64,000 nt of DNA from Escherichia coli (GTDB taxonomy: Bacteria > Pseudomonadota > Gammaproteobacteria > Enterobacterales > Enterobacteriaceae), in assembly GCF_044324785.1 (NCBI RefSeq), contig NZ_CP172127.1; one strand, given 5' to 3'. A program made the translations under genes and the position numbers. Below, one piece after another: positions 31,269 to 42,729 of this stretch. How positions within the stretch are numbered: the stretch's first letter is position 1; every line of letters begins with the position of its first letter. The notes beneath the pieces are model-generated. The model saw only the letters and a program-made list of their open reading frames with translations, had not been told where the DNA came from and did no database searches.

Positions 31269-33530
31269 TCACCCCCGTCGCAAATTCTGCGCCGCCTGCA
31301 CCATGTTCGCCAGTGCCGCGCGGGTTTCTGGCCAGCCGCGCGTTTTCAGGCCACAGTCCGGGTTTACCCACAGACGCTCTGCCGGAATGCGTTTTGCCGC
31401 TTTCTTCAGCAGGGCTTCAATCCATTCCACGCTCGGTACGTTTGGCGAGTGAATGTCATAGACGCCTGGACCGATTTCATTCGGATAATCAAACTCTTCG
31501 AACGACTCCAGCAACTCCATGTCAGAACGCGAGGTTTCGATGGTGATGACGTCTGCGTCCAGCGCCGCAATCGAATCCATGATGTCGTTGAACTCGCAGT
31601 AACACATGTGAGTGTGGATTTGTGTGTCATCTTTCGCCACGGCGGCGTTGATACGGAAAGCCTCCACGCCCCACTGGAGATAGGCATCCCAGTCGCTGCG
31701 ACGCAGCGGTAAACCTTCGCGCAGTGCCGGTTCATCAATCTGGATGATGCCAATTCCAGCGGCTTCCAGGTCCGCCACTTCATCACGCAGCGCCAGCGCA
31801 ATTTGTTTGGCGATGGTTTCACGGCTGACATCTTCACGCGGGAACGACCAACAGAGTATGGTAACCGGCCCCGTCAGCATCCCTTTCACCGGTTTGTCGG
31901 TCAGCGATTGTGCATATTTCGCCCACTCCACGGTAATTGGTGCCGGGCGGCTAACGTCACCAATGACAATCGGCGGCTTCACGCAGCGGGAACCGTAGCT
32001 CTGTACCCAACCGTTTTGCGTAAAGACAAAACCGTCGAGATGCTCGCCAAAGTATTCCACCATGTCATTACGCTCGGCCTCGCCATGCACCAGCACATCC
32101 AGACCTAAACGTTCCTGCTCAACAATGGCCTGCTTGATATGTTCCGCAATGCCCGTACGGTAGTTGTTGGCGTCGAGATTACCCTTTTTGAAATCCAGAC
32201 GCAGGGTACGAATTTCCGTGGTTTGCGGGAAGGAACCAATCGTGGTGGTCGGCCACGCGGGCAGTTTAAAACGCGCACGCTGGGCTTCAGCACGCACTTC
32301 ATAGACATTCGCACGCTGACTGTCCTGGGCGGTGATCGCCGCCAGACGCTTTTCTACCGCCGGATTATGGACACGGGTAGAGTGACGACGCGCCTGAATC
32401 GGAGCGCTCCACTCTGCCAGAGCTGCCGTATCACCACTGTTCAGCGCATCGCGCAGTAGTGCCAGTTCGTGACATTTTTGTAGAGCGAAGGCAAACCAGC
32501 TTTTCACTTCTGCATCAAGACGCGTTTCCACGCTCAGGTCGATGGGGCTGTGCAGCAGTGAGCAGGAAGATGCCACCCACAAATCACGTTTGCCGACAAA
32601 GTCCTTAATTTGCGCATATTTCTCGGTAAGATCGGCGCGCCAGACGTTACGACCATTGATAAGACCCGCAGACAGTAGCCAGTCTGAAGGCAGACGCTTG
32701 TGCAGTTCAGCAACGTCATCTTTACCATGTACAAGGTCCACATGCAGCCCCTGAACAGGCAGCGCAGTAATCGTGTCGAGATTTGGCGTTACGCCTTCAA
32801 AATAGGTAGTCAGCAGCAGTTTCACCTGGCCCTGGAGCGCGTCGTAAGCGGGTTTGTATGCGTCCAGCCACGCCTGCGGCAGTTCCAGAACCAGCGCGGG
32901 TTCGTCGATCTGTACCCACTCAATGCCGCGTTTTGCCAGTTCTGCCAGCACTTGCTGATAAACCGGCAGAATGTCGTTCAGCAGGCTAAGGCGATCAAAC
33001 TGTTCACCTTTCACTTTACCCAGCCACAGGTAGGTAATCGGCCCCAGCAGCACAGGTTTCACCTTGTGGCCCAGCGCCAGCGCCTCGTCCACTTCCTCCA
33101 GCAGCTGCGTCCAGGTCAGTTTGAACTGTTGGCCTTTAACGAACTCCGGCACCATGTAGTGATAGTTGGTGTTAAACCATTTGGTCATTTCCGCTGCCGC
33201 CGCAGGTTCGCCAGTCGGTGCACGTCCACGACCAATACGGAACAGGGTGTCGATATCTACCGAACCATCGTTGTTCTGATGACGTGGCGGAACATTACCC
33301 AGCAGCAGACTGGTGGTCAGTACATGATCGTACCAGGCAAAATCGCCCACCGGCAGCAGGTCGATACCCGCTTGCTTTTGTTGATCCCAGTGACGAGCAC
33401 GCAATTCACGCCCTACTGCCAGCAGTTCTTCACGCGTGGAGTTCCCCGCCCAATAACTCTCTTGCGCTTTTTTCAGCTCGCGACGCAGGCCAACGCGAGG
33501 GAAACCGAGGGTGTGATTAAGAATTGTCAT
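31269..33530 (-). CDS. metE: Cobalamin-independent methionine synthase MetE
   Basis: 753-aa [30 protein letters not shown]... Confidence 0.95.
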   Translation of the reverse strand: MTILNHTLGFPRVGLRRELKKAQESYWAGNSTREELLAVGRELRARHWDQQKQAGIDLLPVGDFAWYDHVLTTSLLLGNVPPRHQNNDGSVDIDTLFRIGRGRAPTGEPAAAAEMTKWFNTNYHYMVPEFVKGQQFKLTWTQLLEEVDEALALGHKVKPVLLGPITYLWLGKVKGEQFDRLSLLNDILPVYQQVLAELAKRGIEWVQIDEPALVLELPQAWLDAYKPAYDALQGQVKLLLTTYFEGVTPNLDTITALPVQGLHVDLVHGKDDVAELHKRLPSDWLLSAGLINGRNVWRADLTEKYAQIKDFVGKRDLWVASSCSLLHSPIDLSVETRLDAEVKSWFAFALQKCHELALLRDALNSGDTAALAEWSAPIQARRHSTRVHNPAVEKRLAAITAQDSQRANVYEVRAEAQRARFKLPAWPTTTIGSFPQTTEIRTLRLDFKKGNLDANNYRTGIAEHIKQAIVEQERLGLDVLVHGEAERNDMVEYFGEHLDGFVFTQNGWVQSYGSRCVKPPIVIGDVSRPAPITVEWAKYAQSLTDKPVKGMLTGPVTILCWSFPREDVSRETIAKQIALALRDEVADLEAAGIGIIQIDEPALREGLPLRRSDWDAYLQWGVEAFRINAAVAKDDTQIHTHMCYCEFNDIMDSIAALDADVITIETSRSDMELLESFEEFDYPNEIGPGVYDIHSPNVPSVEWIEALLKKAAKRIPAERLWVNPDCGLKTRGWPETRAALANMVQAAQNLRRG

Positions 33531-33647
33531 TATATGCCCCTTATGGAATTTTTAGTATTTAGCCGTCCAGATGTTTACACATCCATAATTGGCGGTTACT
33601 GTATATTCCTCAAGCGCAAATTATTCATGCCGAAGTGAAGGACTTTC

Positions 33648-34601
33648 ATGATCGAAGTAAAACATCTGAAAACGCTACAAGCGTTGCGGAACTGCGGCTC
33701 GCTCGCAGCCGCTGCGGCGACGTTGCATCAGACGCAATCCGCCCTGTCTCACCAGTTTAGCGATCTGGAACAACGCCTTGGCTTCCGGCTATTTGTGCGT
33801 AAAAGCCAGCCGCTTCGCTTTACACCGCAGGGAGAAATCCTGTTGCAACTGGCAAATCAGGTGCTGCCGCAAATCAGCCAGGCACTGCAAGCCTGCAATG
33901 AACCGCAGCAGACGCGTCTGCGCATCGCCATTGAGTGCCATAGCTGTATTCAGTGGCTGACGCCCGCGTTAGAAAATTTCCATAAGAACTGGCCGCAGGT
34001 CGAGATGGACTTTAAATCGGGCGTGACATTTGACCCGCAGCCCGCCTTGCAACAGGGAGAGCTGGATCTGGTAATGACGTCCGATATTCTGCCGCGCAGT
34101 GGCCTGCATTATTCGCCGATGTTCGACTATGAAGTACGCCTGGTGTTAGCACCTGACCATCCATTGGCGGCAAAAACGCGTATTACACCGGAAGATCTCG
34201 CCAGCGAGACGCTGTTGATTTATCCGGTGCAGCGTAGCCGACTGGATGTCTGGCGGCATTTTCTTCAGCCGGCAGGCGTCAGCCCGTCACTGAAAAGCGT
34301 CGATAACACCTTATTGTTGATTCAGATGGTTGCCGCGCGGATGGGTATTGCCGCCCTGCCGCATTGGGTAGTAGAGAGTTTTGAGCGCCAGGGTCTGGTG
34401 GTGACCAAAACCCTGGGCGAAGGCTTGTGGAGCCGACTGTACGCCGCCGTGCGCGATGGCGAGCAGCGTCAGCCGATTACTGAAGCGTTTATTCGCTCAG
34501 CGCGCAATCACGCCTGCGATCATCTGCCGTTTGTGAAGAGCGCGGAGCGACCCACTTACGATGCACCCACAGTGAGGCCAGGATCACCAGCGCGCCTGTA
34601 A
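33648..34601 (+). CDS. metR: LysR-family transcriptional regulator MetR
   Basis: 317-aa [40 protein letters not shown] (LysR HTH); divergent from metE. Confidence 0.9.
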   Translation: MIEVKHLKTLQALRNCGSLAAAAATLHQTQSALSHQFSDLEQRLGFRLFVRKSQPLRFTPQGEILLQLANQVLPQISQALQACNEPQQTRLRIAIECHSCIQWLTPALENFHKNWPQVEMDFKSGVTFDPQPALQQGELDLVMTSDILPRSGLHYSPMFDYEVRLVLAPDHPLAAKTRITPEDLASETLLIYPVQRSRLDVWRHFLQPAGVSPSLKSVDNTLLLIQMVAARMGIAALPHWVVESFERQGLVVTKTLGEGLWSRLYAAVRDGEQRQPITEAFIRSARNHACDHLPFVKSAERPTYDAPTVRPGSPARL

Positions 34602-35388
34602 TGAACGTTGGCCAGTGCGGCTGTTGGTGCCAGATAGCCAGGTTTACCAGCAGCCCTGCCGGAACGTGCATATTATTCATAATGCCCAGCGTTCCGGCGT
34701 CCACCTGCGTCGCGCCGTAGTTCCACATAAAGTAGCCAATCCCGGAAGCCACCACGCCAAGAAACACCAGAATGCCCCATTGCAGCGTGGTTTGCGGCAT
34801 TTTCTGCGCATTTCCCAGCAAGAACCATGCAATCACCGCCACCAGGAACGCGCCAAGATAGAACCACGCAAAGGCGTTATGCTGCGGCATCGGGCGAGTT
34901 TCCATCAGACGTTTGTAACCCACCATGCCGATGGCAAAAGTGATATTGGAGAGCTGCACCAGCAGCAGGCCAGTCCAGAAGTGGTCGGTGACCTGATCAT
35001 AGCGAATAATCCCGGCACCAATCACCGCCAACAAGGCGCTAAAAGCATAGCCCCAGCGCAGACGGCGCTGACTCATGATGTCATAAATCAACGTGATGTA
35101 GAGCGGCGTCAGTACGGTGAACAGCAACAATTCGGAGACCGTCAGGTAGAGATAGGCGCGAAAACTCAGCATATACATCACGCCGAGCTGCATCGCGCCC
35201 ACCAGCATATACAGGCCGACCGTTTTCAGGCTATTGCCACGGGTACGCAGAAACGGTAAAAAAACGAGTGCCGCCAGGCCAACGCGCACCAGCACCGCAA
35301 AATAGCTATCGACGTGCCCCGCAAGGTACTCGCCATAAAAGCTAAAGGAGAAGGCCCACAGAATCGTGGTGATGATAAGTAGCGCCAC
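34489..35388 (-). CDS. yigM: DMT/EamA-family inner membrane transporter YigM (BioP)
   Basis: 299-aa polytopic ORF; 3' end overlaps metR convergently. Confidence 0.85.
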   Translation of the reverse strand: MALLIITTILWAFSFSFYGEYLAGHVDSYFAVLVRVGLAALVFLPFLRTRGNSLKTVGLYMLVGAMQLGVMYMLSFRAYLYLTVSELLLFTVLTPLYITLIYDIMSQRRLRWGYAFSALLAVIGAGIIRYDQVTDHFWTGLLLVQLSNITFAIGMVGYKRLMETRPMPQHNAFAWFYLGAFLVAVIAWFLLGNAQKMPQTTLQWGILVFLGVVASGIGYFMWNYGATQVDAGTLGIMNNMHVPAGLLVNLAIWHQQPHWPTFITGALVILASLWVHRKWVAPRSSQTADDRRRDCALSE

Positions 35389-35463
35389 AATGGAAAACTC
35401 TTTGATTAACGAGTATCCATTGTAGCGAAGTATCAGGTTGACAACTGACCAAATAAAGAACGA

Positions 35464-36264
35464 TTACGATAAATAGAGCTTACGCAGATAATGCGGCACT
35501 GCGTCCTCGGCGTTAGTACCAATCACTTCCAGCTCCGGATGCAGATCTTTCAGACGCTGGTGCGCACTGCCCATAATGCAGCCTTTCCCCGCCATCGACA
35601 GCATTTCGGCGTCGTTCATGCCATCGCCAAAGGCAATGCAATCTTGCAGGCTGTAGCCCAGTTTCTTCGCCACCGCTTCCAGCGCATGACCTTTCGACAC
35701 GCCGCCCGCCATCACTTCCAGACAGGTTAAGGTAGAGAAACTAACGTTGACGCGATCGCCCCAGCGAGCGTTGATCGCCTGCTCCAGCGGCAGAAGTTGT
35801 TCATGGGAATCGCAGGTGAAGAACACTTTGCTGACGCCTTCCGGCTCCAGTAATCCCGGCTCATACAGCGCATATTTGAACACCGCTTCTTTAAAAAAGC
35901 GCATCTCTTCCGGGCGATGGCGATTCATAAACCATTCGTCGTCGCGATAAACATTAGTAATGATGTCCGGATTGTCGTTGACTACGCCAAACAGATCGCT
36001 GGCAATGTCGCGATCCAGGTTATGAGCAAAAATCAGATTGCCATCCAGATCGTGAACGCGCGCGCCATTGGAGGTAATCATGTAAGACTTAATCTCCAGA
36101 TTATCGCGAATTTGCCCCACATCAACGTGGTGACGACCGGTCGCAAACACAAAGTTGATGCCGCGCGCGGTGAGCAGCTTCAGAGTTTCTTTGGCGTAAG
36201 GGGATAACGTATGGTCGGGAGAAAGTAACGTGCCATCTAAATCAGACGCAACAACCTGGTACAT
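35464..36264 (-). CDS. yigL: HAD-superfamily Cof-type sugar phosphatase YigL
   Basis: MYQVVASDLDGTLLSPDH... (DxDGT HAD motif), 266 aa from internal ATG. Confidence 0.85.
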   Translation of the reverse strand: MYQVVASDLDGTLLSPDHTLSPYAKETLKLLTARGINFVFATGRHHVDVGQIRDNLEIKSYMITSNGARVHDLDGNLIFAHNLDRDIASDLFGVVNDNPDIITNVYRDDEWFMNRHRPEEMRFFKEAVFKYALYEPGLLEPEGVSKVFFTCDSHEQLLPLEQAINARWGDRVNVSFSTLTCLEVMAGGVSKGHALEAVAKKLGYSLQDCIAFGDGMNDAEMLSMAGKGCIMGSAHQRLKDLHPELEVIGTNAEDAVPHYLRKLYLS

Positions 36265-36271
36265 AAGAAAT

Positions 36272-37294
36272 TTAAACCTCTGTAGAGCGGTTTCCGCTGG
36301 GTGAGTTATGCCTGTTGAAAAAATCAACGATGGCGTGGAGCGCGACTGAGCGCATTGCGTCCTTTTCAAAAAGGATCTCATGGTACGCACCTTTAATTAC
36401 CAACGGCCGTCCTCCTTCGACAGGATGGCCCGCGGCGGTGCGGAGTTCACAAAAACGATCGTGCATGCGGTTATCCACCACGCGTTCCTCTTCAGCTTGT
36501 AAGAGAAGCGTTGGCGTGGCGTCATCACCCGCACCGGCTAACACCTGTTCGCCAGCCAGAATACTTTCGCGTACCCAATGGTAGGTTGGCCCACCGACGC
36601 GAATCGTTGGGTCATCAGCATAGAAGCGTAAGTTACGTCGATATCGCTGTCTGCTGTGGGTCAGTACGTTGATAGCAAACGGCAACGCGCGCCAGCGCCC
36701 GGTGCCTATTGCATAGCCATCACGGAAACGTGGATGCGCTTCGGCCCAGTTGAGGATTTGCCGTGCCATAAATGACGGCATACGAATCACGATCCCAAAC
36801 ATTGGCGCAGTTAGCGCAATGGCGTCACATACACCTGGATGGCGTTGCAGAAATAATGTGGAGATCGCACCGCCCATTGAATGTGCCAGTATATAGCGTT
36901 TACGCCACGGACCGGGCTGAACCTCCTGTTGCCAGAATGCCGCCAGATCATCAACATAATCATTAAAGCGATTAACATGCCCGAGATGCGGATCGGCTAA
37001 CAGGCGACCGGAACGTCCCTGCCCGCGATGGTCGATGATTAAGACATCAAACCCCAAATGGAACAGGTCATAGGCCAGTTCCGCATATTTTACGTAGCTC
37101 TCAATACGCCCCGGGCAGATGACTACCACCCGGTCATGGTGCTGTGCGCGAAAACGGACAAAGCGCACCGGAATGTCATCCACACCAGTAAATTCTGCTT
37201 CATCACGCTGACGCCAGAAATCAGTCAGCGGTCCCATGGTAAAAGCAGCAAACGCGTTTTCTCTTGTTTCCCAGTCTTTTTGCTGCTGAAACAT
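36272..37294 (-). CDS. pldB: Lysophospholipase L2
   Basis: 340-aa ORF with alpha/beta hydrolase HSMGG nucleophile elbow. Confidence 0.85.
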   Translation of the reverse strand: MFQQQKDWETRENAFAAFTMGPLTDFWRQRDEAEFTGVDDIPVRFVRFRAQHHDRVVVICPGRIESYVKYAELAYDLFHLGFDVLIIDHRGQGRSGRLLADPHLGHVNRFNDYVDDLAAFWQQEVQPGPWRKRYILAHSMGGAISTLFLQRHPGVCDAIALTAPMFGIVIRMPSFMARQILNWAEAHPRFRDGYAIGTGRWRALPFAINVLTHSRQRYRRNLRFYADDPTIRVGGPTYHWVRESILAGEQVLAGAGDDATPTLLLQAEEERVVDNRMHDRFCELRTAAGHPVEGGRPLVIKGAYHEILFEKDAMRSVALHAIVDFFNRHNSPSGNRSTEV

Positions 37295-37404
37295 CGGGTA
37301 ATCTGCCTCTTAAACCACGTAAAATCGTTTTTTTAAGCGTGCCTGACACAACGCTGCGACAGTAGCGTATTGTGGCACAAAAATAGACACACCGGGAGTT
37401 CATC

Positions 37405-38025
37405 ATGACCTTAGAATGGTGGTTTGCCTACCTGCTGACATCGATCATTTTAAGCCTGTCGCCAGGCTCTGGCGCAATCAACACCATGACCACCTCGCTC
37501 AACCACGGTTATCGCGGCGCGGTGGCGTCTATTGCTGGGCTTCAGACCGGACTGGCGATTCATATTGTGCTGGTTGGCGTGGGTTTGGGGACGCTATTTT
37601 CCCGCTCAGTGATTGCGTTTGAAGTGTTGAAGTGGGCGGGCGCAGCTTACTTGATTTGGCTGGGAATACAGCAGTGGCGCGCCGCTGGCGCAATTGATCT
37701 TAAATCGCTAGCCTCTACTCAATCGCGCCGACATTTGTTCCAGCGCGCAGTGTTTGTGAATCTTACCAATCCCAAAAGTATTGTGTTTCTGGCAGCGCTA
37801 TTTCCGCAATTCATCATGCCGCAGCAGCCACAACTGATGCAGTATATCGTGCTCGGCGTCACCACTATTGTGGTCGATATTATTGTGATGATCGGTTACG
37901 CCACCCTTGCTCAACGGATTGCTCTATGGATTAAAGGACCAAAGCAGATGAAGGCGCTGAATAAGATTTTCGGCTCGTTGTTTATGCTGGTGGGAGCACT
38001 GTTAGCATCGGCGAGGCATGCGTGA
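37405..38025 (+). CDS. rhtB: LysE/RhtB-family homoserine/homoserine lactone exporter
   Basis: 206-aa membrane ORF; divergent from pldB. Confidence 0.85.
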
Positions 38026-38040
38026 AAAATAATGTCGGAT

Positions 38041-38075
38041 GCGGCGTAAACGCCTTATCCGACTTACTCTGATGA
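38041..38075. repeat. REP palindromic unit
   Basis: TGTCGGATGCGGCGTAAACGCCTTATCCGAC between rhtB and rhtC. Confidence 0.75.
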
Positions 38076-38086
38076 CGCGTCTGGCA

Positions 38087-38707
38087 TCAACGCGAAATAA
38101 TCAAATGAATGCCAAATCCGGCAAATAACGCCCCGGCAAAACCATCAATCCACTTCGCCAGACGTTGATAACCACGGCGCATTTGCGGCAGGGCAAACAG
38201 GCTGGCAACGACGGTAAACCACGCCAGTGTTTCGATAATAATCAACGCGAAAATGCCCCAGCGCTCAGTGGTGCCGACGTTATCGCCGACAAACAGCGAG
38301 AATACCGAACCAAAGTAGATAATCGCTTTCGGATTAGCGAGATTGGTCAGTAAGCCTTTCAGGAAACTGCGTCCGCTTTTTGCCAGTTCTACCTGTGGCG
38401 CAGGCGCAGAAACGACCTCTTTTTTCAGTGCGCTACGCAGCATCTGATAACCCATCCAGCAGAGATACAGGCCACCGCCCACCATAATCAGCGTATGCAG
38501 CCAGGCCATTTTTTCGATAATCAAATGCAGGCCAAGCAACGCAATCCCAGCCCAAACCATTACGCCGCAGGTAATGCCCAGCACGCCCATCATCGCTTCT
38601 TTACGGGAACGACTGACAGCGGTCTGAGAGACAAAAAAGAAATCGGGACCGGGGCTCATAAGCGCCACAATGTGCACCATGGCGACGGTGAGGAATAACA
38701 TCAACAT
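38087..38707 (-). CDS. rhtC: LysE/RhtB-family threonine exporter
   Basis: 206-aa membrane ORF. Confidence 0.85.
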   Translation of the reverse strand: MLMLFLTVAMVHIVALMSPGPDFFFVSQTAVSRSRKEAMMGVLGITCGVMVWAGIALLGLHLIIEKMAWLHTLIMVGGGLYLCWMGYQMLRSALKKEVVSAPAPQVELAKSGRSFLKGLLTNLANPKAIIYFGSVFSLFVGDNVGTTERWGIFALIIIETLAWFTVVASLFALPQMRRGYQRLAKWIDGFAGALFAGFGIHLIISR

Positions 38708-38770
38708 ACATTAGACTCGCGGGGGAAACGTTTACGGAGTCTTCATCCTGGCACTTTTTTATCCTGCTGA

Positions 38771-40606
38771 CTACTCTTCGTCATCGCCATCAACATGCGC
38801 ACGAATCAGCGCCATGAACGGTTTGCCAAAGCGTTCCAGCTTGCGCATCCCAACGCCGTTAACGCTGAGCATTTCGCTGGCAGTGATCGGCATCTGTTCC
38901 GCCATCTCAATCAAGGTTGCGTCGTTAAATACCACGTACGGCGGGACATTGCTTTCATCGGCAATCGATTTACGCAGTTTGCGTAATTTGGCGAACAGTT
39001 TGCGATCGTAGTTGCCGCCGAAGGATTTCTGCATCGCTTTCGGTTTGAGCGCCACGATACGCGGCACGGCAAGTTGCAAAGAGGATTCGCCGCGCAGCAC
39101 CGGGCGCGCGGCCTCTGTCAGTTGTAGGGCAGAATGCTGGGCAATATTTTGCGTCACCAGGCCGAGGTGAATCAGCTGGCGGATCACGCTAACCCAATGT
39201 TCATGGCTTTTATCACGGCCCATGCCATAGACTTTCAGTTTGTCATGACCATAGTCGCGGATACGCTGGTTATTAGCGCCACGAATCACTTCCACCACAT
39301 AACCCATCCCAAACCGCTGATTCACACGACCAATGGTGGAAAGGGCAATCTGAGCATCGGTTGAACCATCGTATTGTTTCGGCGGATCGAGGCAGATATC
39401 GCAGTTCCCGCACGGCTCCTGCCGCCCTTCGCCAAAGTAGTTCAGCAGCACCAGACGACGGCAAGTTTGCGCTTCGGCAAACGCGCCCATCGCATTGAGT
39501 TTATGGCGCTCGATATCCTGCAACTGCCCCTGCGGTTTCTCTTCCAGACAACGGCGCAGCCACGCCATATCCGCTGGATCGTAAAACAGCATCGCTTCCG
39601 CGGGCAGGCCATCACGCCCGGCGCGTCCGGTTTCCTGATAATAGGATTCGATATTGCGCGGAATATCAAAGTGGACCACGAAGCGGACGTTTGGTTTATT
39701 GATGCCCATGCCGAACGCCACCGTCGCCACCACAATTTGCAGGTCATCGCGCTGGAATTTCTCCTGCACGTCGGCGCGAATATTATTTTCCAGCCCGGCA
39801 TGATAGGCCGCCGCGCTAATTCCCTTGCTTTGCAGGCGCGCAGCGGTGTCTTCTACTTTCGCCCGGCTGTTGCAGTAAATAATCCCCGACTTACCGCGTT
39901 GTTCCTGCACGTAGCGCATCAGCTGATCGAGAGGTTTGAACTTCTCCATCAACATGTAGCGAATATTCGGACGGTCAAAACTGCTAATTTGAATCAGCGG
40001 ATCGTTCAGCCCCAGCAGGCGCACGATATCCTGCCGCGTGGTGTCGTCGGCGGTGGCAGTCAGCGCCATAAACGGCAGCGTCGGAAAACGCTGACGCAGC
40101 TGACCGAGGGCAGCGTATTCCGGGCGGAAATCGTGGCCCCATTGGGAGATACAGTGCGCTTCATCAACGGCTAATAACACCGGATTCCAGTGCGCCAGAT
40201 GCTCAAGAAAGTTATCCAGCATCAGGCGTTCCGGCGCGATATAAAGCAGGCGGATTTGCCCGGTGCGACAGCCTGTCATAACTTCAAGTTGCTGCTCGCG
40301 GGTTTGCGTCGAGTTAAGGCACGCCGCCGCCACGCCGTTGGCTTGCAGTTGATCCACCTGATCTTTCATCAACGAAATCAGCGGTGAAACAACCACGGTA
40401 AGGCCGTTTAGCAATAAGGCAGGAATTTGATAGCAAAGGGATTTTCCGCCACCAGTGGGCATAACAACCAGGCAATCGCGACCGGAAAGTACGGTGTCGA
40501 TAATCTCTTCCTGGCCGGGGCGAAACTGTTGGTAGCCAAAGGTTTCTTGTAAAACCTGTTTAGCCCCTGACTCCAGATTCAACACTTCCGCCTGCGCCAC
40601 ATTCAC
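38771..40606 (-). CDS. recQ: ATP-dependent DNA helicase RecQ
   Basis: Helicase motifs ([16 protein letters not shown]), zinc-binding CGNCDIC, HRDC C-terminus; true start may be the GTG two codons in. Confidence 0.95.
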   Translation of the reverse strand: MNVAQAEVLNLESGAKQVLQETFGYQQFRPGQEEIIDTVLSGRDCLVVMPTGGGKSLCYQIPALLLNGLTVVVSPLISLMKDQVDQLQANGVAAACLNSTQTREQQLEVMTGCRTGQIRLLYIAPERLMLDNFLEHLAHWNPVLLAVDEAHCISQWGHDFRPEYAALGQLRQRFPTLPFMALTATADDTTRQDIVRLLGLNDPLIQISSFDRPNIRYMLMEKFKPLDQLMRYVQEQRGKSGIIYCNSRAKVEDTAARLQSKGISAAAYHAGLENNIRADVQEKFQRDDLQIVVATVAFGMGINKPNVRFVVHFDIPRNIESYYQETGRAGRDGLPAEAMLFYDPADMAWLRRCLEEKPQGQLQDIERHKLNAMGAFAEAQTCRRLVLLNYFGEGRQEPCGNCDICLDPPKQYDGSTDAQIALSTIGRVNQRFGMGYVVEVIRGANNQRIRDYGHDKLKVYGMGRDKSHEHWVSVIRQLIHLGLVTQNIAQHSALQLTEAARPVLRGESSLQLAVPRIVALKPKAMQKSFGGNYDRKLFAKLRKLRKSIADESNVPPYVVFNDATLIEMAEQMPITASEMLSVNGVGMRKLERFGKPFMALIRAHVDGDDEE

Positions 40607-40608
40607 CC

Positions 40609-40637
40609 CGATTGCCTGAAATAAAAACAGGCGCTAT
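40609..40637 (-). terminator. Rho-independent terminator just upstream of recQ
   Basis: Minus strand CAGGCGCT-GAAAAT-AGCGCCTG followed by TTTTTAT. Confidence 0.65.
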
Positions 40638-40669
40638 TTTCAGCGCCTGCGCGAGAAACTGCAATGCTT

Positions 40670-41128
40670 TTAGCGTCTGGCTGGATAATGTTGGATGCTG
40701 GATTCCAGATTTGCCAGGATCAAAGCGACATCGGCATCCGCCAAACGAAATTCCGCCTGCCATATATTCTCTGACGTATGAAATGTAGGGCATAGCCCGC
40801 AAGCCAGTATCACTTTGATAATAATGACATCACCGGAATACCCTGTGTATTCGAACTCCAGGCATGGCTCGGTAAATTCCAGATTTTTCTCCGGGTAGCC
40901 ATCGGGAGAAGGGCGCTGCAACAATGTGGTAAACCACCTATGAAGCTTTGTTAAGTCATATGTCCCTATTGCCGGATCTATCTTTTCAAACCGCTGATTT
41001 CCCTGCGTCACGCCCACTTTGAGGAATAACCAGTTACCATCCCAGAAATTACTGGCATCAGGATACTGATACCCCATAACATCCAGCGTCAAAGTAACGG
41101 CCAGCTCACTATTGCTTAACGTAATCAT
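40670..41128 (-). CDS. Hypothetical 152-aa cytoplasmic protein between pldA and recQ
   Basis: Intact ORF with ATG start, no obvious SD, own terminator; no recognisable motif. Confidence 0.5.
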   Translation of the reverse strand: MITLSNSELAVTLTLDVMGYQYPDASNFWDGNWLFLKVGVTQGNQRFEKIDPAIGTYDLTKLHRWFTTLLQRPSPDGYPEKNLEFTEPCLEFEYTGYSGDVIIIKVILACGLCPTFHTSENIWQAEFRLADADVALILANLESSIQHYPARR

Positions 41129-41176
41129 ATCATTTGATTTTTAAACAAAAATTAGGTGCTGGCACTCTACCATGCA

Positions 41177-42046
41177 TTAAAACAGGTCGTTTAGCATAAC
41201 CCCCACACCAACGCGGGTCTGGTTGAAGTTATAGTCGATGAGCGATTCGCCATAGCCGCTGTAAACCTGAGTATAAAGGCGCACATGTTTGGTGATCGGG
41301 TAACTTAAGCCTAACTCCGCACCGCCGTAGCCCGTGTTCCAGTTGTACTGCCCTTTCGCACTGAGCACCGCATCACCGAGGTGATAGCCGATTTTAAGCT
41401 GGTAGTAACCCATATATTTGGTGATATCCGGGTTATCGTCAGTATTACCCACCACATACCACGGCTTCACCTCTACCAGCCAGTTACCGTTTTCTGCCAT
41501 CAGGCGTGTATAAAGGCGGTTCCAGCTGCGGGAGGTCGGGTCTGAACGCCCGTTAGAGTCGTGGTTATACCCCATCTCCACATCGCGCAGCGTCCAACCT
41601 GCAAAACGGTAATCGGTGGCAAAACCGAGGAACAATTGCGGTTCGTAGTTGGTTTCACGAAACGGTGAAGACTCTTCGCTATTGGACAGTTGCCACCAGG
41701 ATTTTTGCGTGTAAGACGCACCCAATACCGAGTTCGGGCCTAAAATCCCACGCCACAGCGGAAATGCCAGGCTCAACTGAAACTTTACTTCATCCTTACG
41801 CGCATTTTCCGCCCAGTCGTAACTGGCAATCGCTTCTTTATTCAGATCGCTGGTTTGGGTGTAGATGAGGTAGTTAGTGTCATAAGGATAGAGTGTGAAC
41901 GGATTGTCATGCTCCTGCAGCATATTGGCGATAATACTGCCACGCACCGCAGGCGCGTCATGCACCTCTTTCACCGTTGCCTCTTGTGCATATACTGCCA
42001 TAGGCAACATAAACACCGGCAACAACCAGCCCTGCAGAGTCCGCAT
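41177..42046 (-). CDS. pldA: Outer membrane phospholipase A
   Basis: 289-aa ORF with signal peptide and beta-barrel-like composition. Confidence 0.9.
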   Translation of the reverse strand: MRTLQGWLLPVFMLPMAVYAQEATVKEVHDAPAVRGSIIANMLQEHDNPFTLYPYDTNYLIYTQTSDLNKEAIASYDWAENARKDEVKFQLSLAFPLWRGILGPNSVLGASYTQKSWWQLSNSEESSPFRETNYEPQLFLGFATDYRFAGWTLRDVEMGYNHDSNGRSDPTSRSWNRLYTRLMAENGNWLVEVKPWYVVGNTDDNPDITKYMGYYQLKIGYHLGDAVLSAKGQYNWNTGYGGAELGLSYPITKHVRLYTQVYSGYGESLIDYNFNQTRVGVGVMLNDLF

Positions 42047-42210
42047 CGGTCGTGTTCTCCGTAACGAATTATTGATAAGGTGAATATTTTTCTGCGGGCT
42101 ATTTTACATACTTAACTCCATAGCCGTTAGTTATCCCTTCCTAAAGTAGAAACCAACAACAAAGAAGCATAAAATCAACATTTCATTAACTAATGAAGTG
42201 TAAGGATGAT

Positions 42211-42678
42211 ATGTCTGCCGTACTGACCGCTGAACAAGCCCTGAAATTAGTGGGTGAGATGTTTGTTTATCACATGCCATTTAACCGCGCATTGGGGATG
42301 GAACTGGAGCGTTACGAAAAAGAGTTCGCACAGCTGGCCTTTAAAAATCAGCCAATGATGGTGGGTAACTGGGCGCAAAGCATTTTGCACGGCGGGGTCA
42401 TTGCATCGGCGCTGGATGTCGCCGCCGGTCTGGTGTGCGTGGGAAGTACCTTAACCCGCCACGAAACCATCAGTGAAGATGAACTACGCCAGCGGCTATC
42501 GCGAATGGGGACCATTGATCTTCGCGTTGATTATCTGCGCCCTGGCAGAGGCGAGCGTTTTACTGCTACCAGTAGCCTGTTGCGGGCAGGCAATAAAGTC
42601 GCCGTCGCCCGCGTTGAATTACACAATGAAGAACAGCTTTATATTGCCAGCGCTACCGCCACCTATATGGTAGGTTGA
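42211..42678 (+). CDS. yigI: PaaI/YigI-family acyl-CoA thioesterase (hotdog fold)
   Basis: [34 protein letters not shown]... 155 aa. Confidence 0.85.
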   Translation: MSAVLTAEQALKLVGEMFVYHMPFNRALGMELERYEKEFAQLAFKNQPMMVGNWAQSILHGGVIASALDVAAGLVCVGSTLTRHETISEDELRQRLSRMGTIDLRVDYLRPGRGERFTATSSLLRAGNKVAVARVELHNEEQLYIASATATYMVG

Positions 42679-42729
42679 TAACGTAAAAGCAGGTAAACTG
42701 CTGTTACCAATTAAAAATGAGTATTCCCG

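Noticed and set aside
32700-33638. 312-aa plus-strand ORF antisense to metE
   Set aside because: Entirely inside metE on the opposite strand; no independent evidence.
34489-34601. 113-bp convergent overlap of the metR and yigM 3' ends
   Set aside because: Both ORFs are defined by their stop codons and both proteins have the lengths I recall for K-12 (317 and 299 aa), so the overlap appears to be the conserved native arrangement rather than a strain-specific oddity.
39374-40174. 266-aa plus-strand ORF antisense to recQ (also similar cases at 23438-24064, 27413-28087, 34615-35259, 51212-51874)
   Set aside because: All are antisense shadows of conserved genes with Arg/His-rich composition; treated as non-coding.
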